Below are positions 52,830 through 64,000 of a stretch of 64,000 nt of DNA, piece after piece. The notes beneath the pieces were generated by a model, which saw only the letters and a program-made list of their open reading frames with translations, had not been told where the DNA came from and did not search any database. Both the position numbers and the translations under genes were made by a program. This DNA is from the human T2T-CHM13v2.0 reference genome, Homo sapiens. Every line of letters starts with the position of its first letter. The stretch's first letter is position 1. Location: assembly GCF_009914755.1 (NCBI RefSeq), contig NC_060926.1, one strand, 5' to 3'.

Positions 52830-55818
52830 CAGGCATACCTTGAAGACCACTGCAGTTAAGTGAATATCACTATAAAGCAAACGACATGAATTTGTTTGAT
52901 TTTCTAGTGCATACAAAAGTTATGTTTACACCATACTGTAGTCTGTTAAGTATGCAATAGCATTATGTCTAAAACAAAACAATTTACATGCCTTAATTTA
53001 AAAATAATTTATTGCTAAAAAATGCTGATAATCAGTTGAGCCGTCTGCAAGTCATAATCTTTTCGCTGATAGAGGGTCTTTCCTCAACGTTGATGGCTTC
53101 TGACAGATCAGGATGATGGTTGTTGAAGAATGAGGTGGCCATGGCAGCTTCTTAAAATAAGACAACAATGAAGTTTGCCACATTGACTGACTCTTTTGTG
53201 AAAGATTTCTCTGTAGCATGCAATGTTGTTTAATAACATTTTACCCACAGTAGAACTTTCAAAATTGGAGTGGACCCTCTCAAACTTTGCCACTGCTTTT
53301 TCAATTAAATTTATGGAATATGCTAATCTTTTGTTGTCATTTTAACAATGTTCAAGCATCTTCATCAGGAGTAGATTTCATCTCCAGAAACCATTTTCTC
53401 TTTTCATCCATAAGAAGCAAATCTTCATCTGTTCAAGTTTTACTGTGAGATTGCTGCAATTCAATAATATCTTCAGGCTCCACATCTAATTCTAGTTGTC
53501 TTGTGACTTTCATGAAAACTGCAGTTACTTCTGCTACTGAAAGAAGTCTTGAATCCCTCAAAGTCATCCATGAGGGTTTGAATCAACTTCTTCCAAACTT
53601 CTGTTAATGTTGATATTTTGATCTCCTCCCATGAATCATGAATGTTCTTCATAGCATCTAAAATAGCGAATCTTTTTTCAATATACTTTGCTCAGATCCA
53701 GCAGAGGAATCATTACCTATGGCAGCTATAGGCTTATGAAATGTATTTCTTAAATAATCAGACTTAAAAGTCAAAATGCTCCTTAATCCATGGGCTACAG
53801 AATGCATATTGTGGTAGCAGGCATGAAAACAACATTAATACCCTTGTACATCTCCATCAGAGCTCTTAGGTAAACAGATGTATTGTCAGTGAGCAGGAAC
53901 ATTTTGAAAGGAATCTTCTTTCCTGAGGAGTAAGTCTCAAAAGTGGGCTTAAAATATTCGGTAAACTGTACTATAAACAGATGTGCTGTCATCCAGGCTT
54001 TGTTGTTTCTTTGTAGAGCACAGAGAGTAGATCTGACCTCATTCTTAAAGGCCCTAAGGTTTTCTGAATGATAACAGCATTGGCTTCAACTTAAGGTCAC
54101 TAGCTGAATTAGACCCAAAAGTCAGTTTTCTCCTTTGAAACCTTAAAGCCAGGCATTGACTTTTCATCTGTAGCTATGAAAGTCATAGATGGCATCTCTT
54201 CCTATAGAAGGCTGTTTCATCTATGTTATAAATCTGTTTAACATAGCCACCTTCATCTATTATCTCAGTGAGTTCTTCTGAATAACTTGCTGTGGCTTCT
54301 TCATCAGAACTTGCTGCTTCACCTTGAATCTCATGAACTAACCTCTGCTAGCTTTCAACTTTTCTTCTGCAGCTTCCTCACCTCTCTCAGCCTTCATGGA
54401 ATTTGAGAGAGTTAGGGTCTTCTTCTGGATTGGGCTTTGGCTTAAGAGAAAGTTGTGGCTGTTTTTTTATGTGATCTTTTATATAGATCACTCAAACTTT
54501 CTCCATGTCAGCAAAAGGGCTGTTTTGCTTTCTTATTATTTGTGTGTTTACTGGCATAGCACTTTTAATTTTCTTCAAGAACTTTTCCTTTGTGTTGGGG
54601 AAACCAGCCCCACGCCACCCAGTGGGTAACCCTGAGGCCAGCGGAGACAAAGGAGTTAGAAAGAGACAGAATAAGTGTTTAAAAGGTGGGTCCAAGGGAC
54701 CGGAGCGTTGGAGGCTTGCTCACGGCCCAGAGCTCTCGGGACCCAGAGCTCTCAGGCTCGGCCCAATTTATTGGCTTACAAGCTCTTTGTTCTTAGGGCA
54801 GATGGGAGGGGGAGGAAGGGATGAGGAAAGGATTAATCAGAGAAGGAGAACTCGCGGGTCATTCAATAAGATGTATAGCAGTGGCGGTTTCTGTGAATTT
54901 CCTCGAGCAAAGGCGTGTCCAAACTACTTCAGATCTTTAACTTATCGGGACTGAAATGGGTGGGAGCAGGTTTCAGGAGGAGCCAAGAAGTTTGATTATA
55001 CTCCCCTGCTTCAAGGGAGTGTTTTCTCCCTGAGAAACCTGTGGAATGCCACGGAGCGGTTATGCTCTCGGGGCATAAAGACATGAAGGCAATAAGGAAG
55101 CTTTTCTCCTCAGAGGCCACCCATGGCTCCCCATGGGTGTCTCACACAGGGGAGACCAACTCATCTGGCACCCCAGAAACTCTCTTTGTCACACTTTGCA
55201 TTCTCAGCTTGGTTAACTGGCCCAAGAGAGGCCTAGCTCTTGTCACATCTCAGCTTTTGACATGCCTTCCTCACTAAGCTTCATCACTTCTAGCTGTTGA
55301 TTTAAAGTGAGACACCTGGGACTCTTTCTTCAATTTGAACACTTAGGCCATTGTAGGGTTATTAATTGGCCTAATTTCAATATTGTGTCCCAGGGAATAG
55401 GTAGGCCCAAGGGGTGGGAGAGAGATGGGGGAACTGCTCATCAGTGAAGCAGTCAGAACACATACAACATTTATCAATGTTGTATGTTTATCAACATTTA
55501 TCAATGTTGTATGTTTATCAACATTTATCAATTAAGTTTGAGGTTTTATATGGATGTGGTTTATGGTGTCCCGAAACAATTACTGTAGTCACATCAAAGA
55601 TCACAGATCACCACAGCAGATATAACAAGAATGAAAAAGCTTGAAATAGTGTGAGAATTACTACAGGTGACAAAGAGGAGACAAAGTGAGCACATGCTGT
55701 TGGAAAAATGGAGCTGATAGGTTTGCTCAATGCAGGGTTGCCATAAACCCTCAATTTGTAAAAAACACAATATCTATGAAGGGCAATAAATGAAGCTCAA
55801 TAAAGGAAGGTATGCCTC
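52830..55818 (-). mobile_element. Tigger1, near full length, decayed pogo-like transposase
   Basis: TIRs caggcatacct / aggtatgcct with TA TSDs; ORF 53795-53992 MTAHLFIVQFTEYFKPTFETYSSGKKIPFKMFLLTDN resembles the Tigger1 transposase DDE domain. Confidence 0.93.
54593..55193 (-). mobile_element. LTR14-family (LTR14B-like, HERV-K14/HML-1) solo LTR
   Basis: Minus strand tgtgacaaagagagtttctggggtgccagatgagttgg..ggtttccccaaca, 601 bp; AATAAA at 54767-54772; 5-bp TSD ctttg. Confidence 0.8.
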
Positions 55819-55994
55819 TATCTGATGAGGAAGACATCTTGACAAGATGATGCTTTTGCATCTGTGTGCTATCTTTTTAGCATGTCATGGGTGGGGGTGG
55901 TATACCTGGCAGGCAGGCAAGCACAGGTGAACAAACCTAAAAGTTCAGTCTCAAAATGAGTGCAACTAGTTATTGGAGTGAATATATCCACAAT

Positions 55995-56570
55995 TTTTAA
56001 TTTGCATTCCTTCAAACAGCTCCTTCTTTAGGTTCTACCATGTCAGTAAATGGAATTTCATTCTTGTACTTTCTCAGACCAAAAATTCTAGAGTCAACCC
56101 TCACTTCTCTTTTATTCTCACATTCTACACTCAATCCATATCAAATCCTGTTGACTTTATCCTCAAAATACATGTATAATATGAGCCCTGACTCCAATGC
56201 CCTAGTCTGATCCTTCTCCTTGGATGATAACCTCTTGAGGCAGGAGCATTCTAAGTCATCTTCCTCGTTTCACTCTTGTCCCTTTCAGTCTAATCTGTAC
56301 CATCAACAGTATTTTATCCAACAGTATTTTATCCCACTATAGTTCTCTTCCTAGCACTGATCAGCATGTGAAATGTATCTCTTTCTCTGTGTGTGTGTGT
56401 GTGTGTGTGTGTGGGTGTATGTGTGTGTCTTACGCATATTTTGTAGCCTGTCTCTCTCACTAAAATGTAAACTCACAAAAGCAGAAATTTTATCTGTTTC
56501 GTTCCTTGGCATATCTGCCTAGCACACTAAAAATTAGTGCTCAATGAATACGTTTGGATGAATGAATGAA
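55995..56570 (+). mobile_element. L2a 3' region with internal (TG)n
   Basis: tcagtaaatgg..tcagaccaaaaattctagagtca..caaatcctgttgacttt..gtgctcaatgaatacgtttggatgaatgaatgaa; 15-bp tandem duplication at 56304-56333. Confidence 0.75.
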
Positions 56571-56919
56571 ACTATGCTTATATCTGCACATTATCTTATC
56601 TGCTTTCTGCATCACCTCTCCACTTCTATTTCAGTTAGTGCTTTCTAACATTAAAGGACCGTTAGGGAACAAATCAAATGTCTACTGTGTGCCAGGCTAT
56701 GAAAAACAATATATAATATACTGGTCTAATTGAGGGAAAAAGACATAAGGAAATGAGGATAAAAGTTCAAGAATTCATAAATGTCAAGGAAGTGAAAGAA
56801 AGACTAACTACTTGGCTTCCTGGAGAAGGCTATTATGGGTCAAGGAAAACTTCCTCAAAATGGAATCTGGACTGAAGAAGGAGGTCACCTATCTAGGTAA
56901 AGGATATTATAGGTAATAA

Positions 56920-57251
<332 letters not shown>

Positions 57252-57332
57252 TTATGGCCATTCTTAGGCTACTAGAAAAATGGTTCCTAGTCATAGGTAT
57301 GTAGGGAGAATTCCCAGCTTCCAGATCGATTT

Positions 57333-57570
57333 CCTTGAGAACTTGTTTGCAGGTTGTAGCAGGGGAACACAGCTACTAATATACCCTTGACTGAAGAGCA
57401 GTCCTCCTCTATCGAGGATGGTCATCTTCAGTGAAGCATACAGCTTTGGGAGAGATGCACATGGAGTGGTGAGGGAGGAAGGGGACACCTGCTTAGCCAG
57501 CCAGATCAGCCGAATCAACCTTGGCAATCAATGGGGTGACAGATGTTCCAGCCAGATTGTCCTCACACCC
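57333..57570 (-). pseudogene. 7SK snRNA pseudogene (RN7SKP family), about nt 1-240, 3'-truncated
   Basis: Minus strand gggtgtgaggacaatctggctggaacatctgtcaccccattgattgccaaggttgattcggctgatctggctggct..gatagaggaggac..gtcaagggtata..caaacaagttctcaagg matches 7SK. Confidence 0.95.
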
Positions 57571-58293
57571 TAAAATAGATTTCCCAAGCTGCAAAAGGTA
57601 AACACCACCAAGTCTGTATTATTTATAAAAAGTTTTGGAAAAATACAATTCAGCTGACAGTATATTGTTCTTTGTGTAGAACATTAGATTTTATACTCCT
57701 GTTGGCTGAGTTCTAATTAAATCCCAGGAAAAGAATCTTCCCCCTCTCAGTTTATTTTAAGAAAAAATCCCATATAAAGGCAGTGATAGAAATAAACTTT
57801 CATTGTAGTTGATTCAAATTTTAAAAATTATTTAGCTTTATGAAATACAACCACATACATCTTATGTAAACATAGATAAACCATTGGGCTCCATTCTTTG
57901 TTAGAAGAGAAAAAGTATACACAGCTAGTTTTGATATGTGGATTTTTTAAGCTACAAATTTTAAAATATATGAATTGGTACAGTTGTATAGAATTTAAAA
58001 ATGGAATCAGCTACAATTAATTATGAATGCAAATCTGCATATATTTATAAATATACATAGTGATATTCTTCACAAAATCTGAAAATATTAAAGTGTTTAT
58101 ATAGTATATGAGCCAGTAACATTTTCTACTCTTAGAGATTAAGTTACATGGTACATGGTATTGTCTTTTTCAATTCTAAATTTCCACCAATTAACAGTAT
58201 TTGGCATAAGGTAGATTCTTAATAAGTAGTAGTACAATTGATTTTGAGTGACAATAGATGTGCTTCTTCAAATCACGTATGAAATGCATTTTT

Positions 58294-58596
58294 TGTTGTT
58301 GTTGTTGTTGTTTTTTTAGACGGAGTCTCGCTCTGTTGCCACACTAAAGTGCAGTGGCGCAAACTTGGGTTACTGCAACCTCTGCCTCCTGGGTTCAAAC
58401 GAGTCTCCTGCTTCAGCCTCCTGAGTAGCCGGGATTACAGGCTCGTGCCACCACGCCCGGCTAATTTTTGTATTTTTAGTAGAGATGAGGTTTCACCACG
58501 TTGGCCAGGCTGGTCTCAAACTCCTGACTTCAGGTGATCCACCTGCCTCTGCCTCCCAAAGTGCTGGAATTACAGTCACGAGCCACCACGCCTGAC
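58294..58596 (-). mobile_element. AluSx
   Basis: cttcaggtgatccacc; TSD atgaaatgcattttt / atgaaaggcattttt. Confidence 0.92.
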
Positions 58597-59124
58597 ATGA
58601 AAGGCATTTTTGTAATTGTCTAGTAGGCAGTTACACTGCATGTATTATTGAGAGGCTACTATGATTGCCTCTGATTCATAAATGAGAGAACAAAAACATA
58701 AAGAAAGAGATCAGCATTCGTGCAGACCACCAGCAAGTCAACAACAACAAGATCACATTTAGAGATTTTTTGTTTGTCATGGTTATCTGTTAACACTTAC
58801 CCCCACTTCATCCTGTGGATAATAAACTTAATTCCATTTCACAGATATGCAGAATGAGACCCAGGGCAGTTACTATGGTCTGAGGATAAATGGATAATTA
58901 ATAGAATGAGGCAGGGCAGTGGGGCAACAGCATTGTTCTTCTGATGTGGATGTTACTCCCCTTTCTTTTGAAGCAGATTGCATCTTTCGTCAAAGGATAT
59001 GTCTCCCTTTATTCCATCTTCCCTTTCTTTTATCCTTCCTAATAATTAGTATTCTATATTCTCTGAGGATGTGGGCTGCAGCTAACTGGAGACATAATTA
59101 CTTTCTTATTCCTAGGCATAAACT

Positions 59125-59577
59125 GAGTAAATGGGGAGTTTTGCTTACTGGGTTCAGAATTTTAGTTTGGAATGATTAAAACAATGATTCGGAGGTGGAT
59201 GGTGGTGATGCTTGCCCAACAATGCAAATATACTAAATGCTACCAAACTGTACACTTAAAAATGGTTAAAATGGTAGATGAATAAGCTATGGAGATCTAA
59301 TGTATAGTATGTTGATTGTAGTTAATAATAATATATTGCATACTTGAATTTGCTAAGAAAGCAGATCTTAAGTATTCTCATCACAAAAAAGGTAACTATG
59401 TGAGGTGATGGATATGTTAATTAGCTTGATTATGGCCATCATTTTACGATTTATATATCACACCATCACATTATATACCTTGAATTCATATGATCTCTAT
59501 TTGTCAATTATACCTTATTAAAGTTGAGTAAAACGGTTAAAATGGTAAATTTTACATTATGTTTACTACAATAAAAA
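59125..59577 (+). mobile_element. L1MB-type 3' end (host)
   Basis: ggatggtggtgatg..aatgctaccaaactgtacacttaaaaatggttaaaatggtaaatttta. Confidence 0.8.
59276..59529 (+). mobile_element. L1MA9/10-like 3' end nested in the L1MB
   Basis: ggagatctaatgtatag..ggtaactatgtgaggtgatggatatgttaattagcttgat; 17-bp TSD aaaa(t/c)ggttaaaatggt. Confidence 0.8.
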
Positions 59578-60329
59578 TATATGCCATTATAAAAGGAACC
59601 TATTTTTATGTTCAAAACTCTATGTTACAAAGACCAGCAGATAAATCTTTAAATACTGAAAAATTTACTTTTCAATCAAACATAAGGGTATATTTGTCAT
59701 AATAGAGACAGAGACTAGGGTTGTGTCCAATATCATTTTAGCTATTAGTTCCAAGTTCTGTTCCAACCATTCAATGGCCAGTGAGTGGAATTAAAATAGC
59801 ATGTTCTCTGGAGGAAGGAAGAGCTGCAGCTGCAATTGAATTTGCATGGGGAAAGATACTTAGGTTTGCTTTTTTCTTAACTGGTTGATTTTTACTTTAT
59901 TTCTCTTATTCCTGAATACCAGTTTCAAGAGTAAAATGCAGTATGCACCTTGCCTTCCCTTTCTCAGATTGGACCTTTGACCAGCGCAGCAGTCATTAAC
60001 CCTCTAGCCATTCCTTTCAAGGAAGAACATGGAGTGGGTTCTTACAGTGGCATTGTCAACAATCACAAGAGAGTTTCAACCCATCCTGCATCTTTGATTT
60101 TTTATTCAGTTGGAACTGAACATAAAAGATTGATCTTTCCAAAGTCATTTTGTGACAGGGAAAAGAATCAGTTGCTTTTGGTTTTATAAATGCAGCGTAA
60201 AATAAAGTAATACCTCCAGCCTTCTTCCTTGCAATCTGCTTTCCACATCTTTCCTCCACATTCTTTCTAAAATGCATATTGGCTTATATAATCTATTCAT
60301 TTCTGGTAGATGGAGTCCAAATTTATCAC

Positions 60330-60750
60330 CACAGACTGTAAGTTCCTTCCTGCCCTGGACTCCTCCTGCCCAGCTTAAGCTCTCGTGACTGCCACCATAA
60401 GGTCTCCTGCACTCCAGGGTTGCTCAATGTGGCACAGTTTCCAAAGGTGTCTTACTTCCTGAAGCTCCCACTTGGCCTTTGTAAATGCCATTTCCTCTGT
60501 GTTGGGTACATGGCCTCCTCTATTATGCAACTCAAGTGTGATCTCCTCTGGGAGGCCAACCTGAGCACTCCAAGAAGAATCAGACACATCCTCCTCAGTG
60601 GTATCACATCATCTTATAGTACTTACAACATTGCTGTCATTTGATGATGTGTCAGTTTCCCCTGATGGAAAATAGAGAATTTTCTACTTATCTCATCAGA
60701 TACATTGACTGGCACACTTCAGTAGCATTTTTTGAATGAATAAATGAACA
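60330..60750 (+). mobile_element. L2 3' region
   Basis: tgcactccag..caactcaagtgtgatctcctctgggaggcc..ttttgaatgaataaatgaa. Confidence 0.6.
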
Positions 60751-61399
60751 ATGAGTACATTTCCCATAGGCTGATTCTTTAATAAGAGTAGAACCAGCAC
60801 AGTTATTATGGGCATCTCATTGTCAAATAGGAAGAATGAAAACTAAAAGATGCTGATCCAAGTCTTAATAATTATAGCAAACACGATGGCATTCATCACC
60901 TCTTCAACAGATTTTTATAGAGTGTCTGCCATTTACTGGTTTAACCAGTCACCACTTCTGTGACAGCTGGGCTTTCTACATCTAGATTAAATAAATAGCT
61001 GAGGGAATACAGGCCCAGTCTTAAGCGTGTATTACTATTCTTAAGTTTATAGTAGAAAGTCAGATAATCATGTTACAAAAACAGTTTTCTGATTTCAGAA
61101 ATAGGAGCTTTGGAAAAAAGTGATTTTCTTTCTTATTTGTGTAAATTTGAATTGGCTACTTGTACTCCCAAGGGTATTGCTCAATTATACTAACCTGCTT
61201 AATAGGATTACATTGATTTGCACTAGCCTGAAACAAATTTCATTACCTTCTCAGACTCTGAGCATTTCAGCAATTCTGAGAATTTTAGCAACAGGCACTG
61301 CTTGTTTTTCTCTTGGTCTGGTTGAATTTCTTTAAGGGCAAAGACTTTTGAATAGTTTGCAGATTTGTATAATGTTAAAGTTGGGAAGAGTCCATTGTA

Positions 61400-61565
61400 A
61401 CCATCTTTGCTCAGTGCTCTCATTTTAAGGATAGGGCTCTGAGAGCAAGGTGAGTTAAGGAACTTGCTAAAAGTCACAAAACCAGCTGGTGGCAGACATC
61501 GTTTAGGGTTCTGGTTTCCTTTCTGTAAGGCCAGTGTTATATTCTTTACCCTGCACTGCCTCTCA
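61400..61565 (-). mobile_element. MIR
   Basis: ctcattttaaggataggg..gttaaggaacttgctaaaagtcaca..tggtggcaga..cactgcctctc. Confidence 0.65.
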
Positions 61566-63180
61566 CAATGAGTTATGACTTTACATATTCAATCCAGGGC
61601 AGTGCAAGTACATGCAGCCATGTGTACACTGAAGGCTTTCAAATTATATCTTCAAAATTGAAGTTAGTTTAAGCACAGGCTTTGAATTTATTCACCAGTT
61701 AGAAAAATAGATGTATGTGATATTCTCAACCCACTGAACCATAATCTTTCTACAAAATACTAATGAAATACACAGTGTGATCCAGCTTCTCATTTCTCTC
61801 TTCCCCCTGTGAACCCTCCTTCCATCTGCAGAACTTCATTTGAAGGCAGTGGCATGCACGTAGCCCCTTCCAAATAACCTTCATTAAAGAATGTGCAAGA
61901 CAAAGATCCCTTTGCCCTGGAAGCATCGACAAAATGATTTAAGAATAAGAATCCATGTCATAGGATAGTTGAAATCAAATAGGAAAAATTTCATGAAAGT
62001 TTAAAAAATTATCTTCTAGAAAGAGAGCTAAAAGAAAATGAATACACTAATATGTACAATTTTAGTTGATAGATAAAATGTAAAGCCTACAATATTCCAA
62101 TGCAAAGGAGAAGATTGTAGCTGAGCAGAGACTCTTAAAGACCCAGCTCATTGGAATTAGGAATAGTTTGAGTTTAATTGGTAGGGAAGGGAAAACAATA
62201 ATGCATGGGAAGAGTGGGATGGTAAGGAGTCCCAGGCGAGAGCTCCAGAGCTAAGATTGCACCTCATGTGCTGAATAACCTAAGCCCTCAGTAAGGCTAT
62301 GCCACTGGCTGTGAGCCTGAATTCAGGAGATCTGTGGTCCAGGAGAGGTACTTACGTTTTATTCGGCTCTGCATATTTCATCTGCAAAATACTGGGGCGA
62401 AATCAAACAACCTTATAGCATGTGCATTCTGGGCTTGTGGAGATCTTGCTTTCTCTGAGTTCATACTACCAAAAAACCTAATAAAAGAAAATATGTGGGA
62501 AGTGTTGCTTTTACTCATTCCTAGTTGTGGACTGTTCTCTGCCCTCTGTATATCTTGGCCTGATGGACAGGTGATGACTGGGAATCCCAAAGAAGGGTCT
62601 AGATTAGTCTCACTCTTTCTCCATCCCATGGATGATCTAATGAAGCCCTTCTTCAGCTGTGATGTGGAGCTTAGTTGATGTCTTCTCAGGACTAGCAAGT
62701 CAAACTGCCCTTATTGAAATATGGAGTACACCACTTACAAGCTATGGGCCTTGGACAAGTCTTTATGGGCCATTTAAGGGAAGCAATTTACAATTCTGAA
62801 GACTTCTGCTTTCATAGATGATTAAAGGTCACTTACTGGTAACCACCCAGTATGTTATTAAGAGCTACCAACCTTTCATCTTAGTTGAAAATGGCTCCAT
62901 TGCTAGTATTTACCGAGGCCCAGTATTCAAGACTGCTAAGATCCCTGTTGCAACAATTCTGGACACAGACACATATGCAGAAAGTGAAATGGTCTCAGAT
63001 ATTAGTAAGGCAGCAACAGTATTGGCTAGCCCCAGTGGTCATTTTCAATGGCTAGTCTTATTTTGTGTTATAAATTACCATTATATCATGAACATTTAGT
63101 TCCTATGTAGTTAATCCTTCCATGTATGTGCCTAAACTAAATTATATATATATTTGCATTGTTGTTCTCCCATACCCAAA

Positions 63181-64000
63181 TTTCTTTTTTTAAAAATTAT
63201 TTTTAGTTCTCGGGTGCATGTGCAGGATTTGCAGGTTTGTTACAAAGGTAAACATGTGCCACAGTGGTTTACTGCACCTATCAACCCATCACCTAAGTAT
63301 TAAGCCCAGGATGCATTAGCCATCCTTTCTAATACTCTCCCTCCCCTGACCCTACCCTCTGACAGGCCCCAGACTGTGTCTTTCCCCTCCCCATGTCCAT
63401 GTGATCCCATCATTCAGCTCCCACTTATAAGTGAGAGCATACAGAGTTTGTTTTTCTGTTCCTGTGTTAGTTTGCTGAGGATAATGGCTTCCAGTGTCAT
63501 CCATGTTCCTGCAAAGGACATGATCTCATTCCTTTTTATGGCTGCATAATATTCCATGGTGTATATGTATTACATTTTCTTTATCCAATCTATCATTGAT
63601 GGGCATTTGGGTTGATTCCATATCCTTGCTGTTGTGAATAGTATTTTAATGAACATATGTGTGCGTGTATCTTTGTAATAGAATGATTTATATGCTTTTG
63701 GGTATACACCCCATAATGAGATTTCTGGGTCAAATGGTATTTCTGGTTCTAGTTCTTGAGAAATCGCCACAGCTTCTTCCACAATGGTTGAACTAATTTA
63801 CATTCCCACCAACAGTGTAAAAGTGTTCCTAGTTCTCCACAACCTCATCAGCATCTGTTGTTTCTTGACTTTTTAATAATGGCCATTCGTGACTGGTGTG
63901 AGATTGTATCTCATTGTGGTTTTGATTTGCATTTCTCTAATGATCAGCGATGTTGAGATTTTTTTCATATGTTTGTTGGCTGCACGAATGTCTTCTTTTG
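63181..64000 (-). mobile_element. L1PA8-11-like 3' end and ORF2 C-terminus (runs off the window)
   Basis: gtgcaggatttgcaggtttgttac..cagctcccacttataagtgag; ORF 63570-63782 ELEPEIPFDPEISLWGVYPK..NQPKCPSMIDWIKKM. Confidence 0.93.

Noticed and set aside
53795-53992. Tigger1 transposase as a domesticated TIGD-like gene
   Set aside because: Only short frames survive, catalytic-region motifs are mutated, and an LTR interrupts the element.
54505-54954. 149-aa plus-strand ORF
   Set aside because: Reads antisense across the Tigger1/LTR14 junction; repeat artefact.

Overview
This is AT-rich primate genomic DNA, most likely human or another catarrhine (AluJ/S/Sc, THE1A, an LTR14-type HERV-K LTR, L1PA). 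It appears to be intergenic or deep-intronic. I found no credible protein-coding exon, CpG island, rRNA, tRNA or CRISPR array. The ORF-track entries are Alu, L1, Tigger or microsatellite artefacts, or chance ORFs. Roughly half the window is transposon fossils: about 19 Alu/FLAM copies, many L1/L2/MIR fragments, a near-full-length HAL1, a near-full-length Tigger1 carrying a solo LTR14-type LTR, Tigger3b, two MER33, MER53, MER91B, MER45A and several MaLR/ERVL LTRs. There is also a tailless 7SK pseudogene. Most notable observations: (1) an 81-bp polyadenylated retrocopy (L2 tail + ATTAAA + poly-A, 15-bp TSD) inserted antisense inside an AluS; (2) an unexplained 82-nt hairpin with a perfect 23-bp stem; (3) a 42-bp local copy of the neighbouring L1 ORF1; (4) a speculative THE1A-driven spliced transcript and a strong minus-strand non-coding exon candidate. 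I see no evidence of a new multi-gene system. Subfamily names come from remembered consensus sequences, and boundaries of old repeats are approximate.
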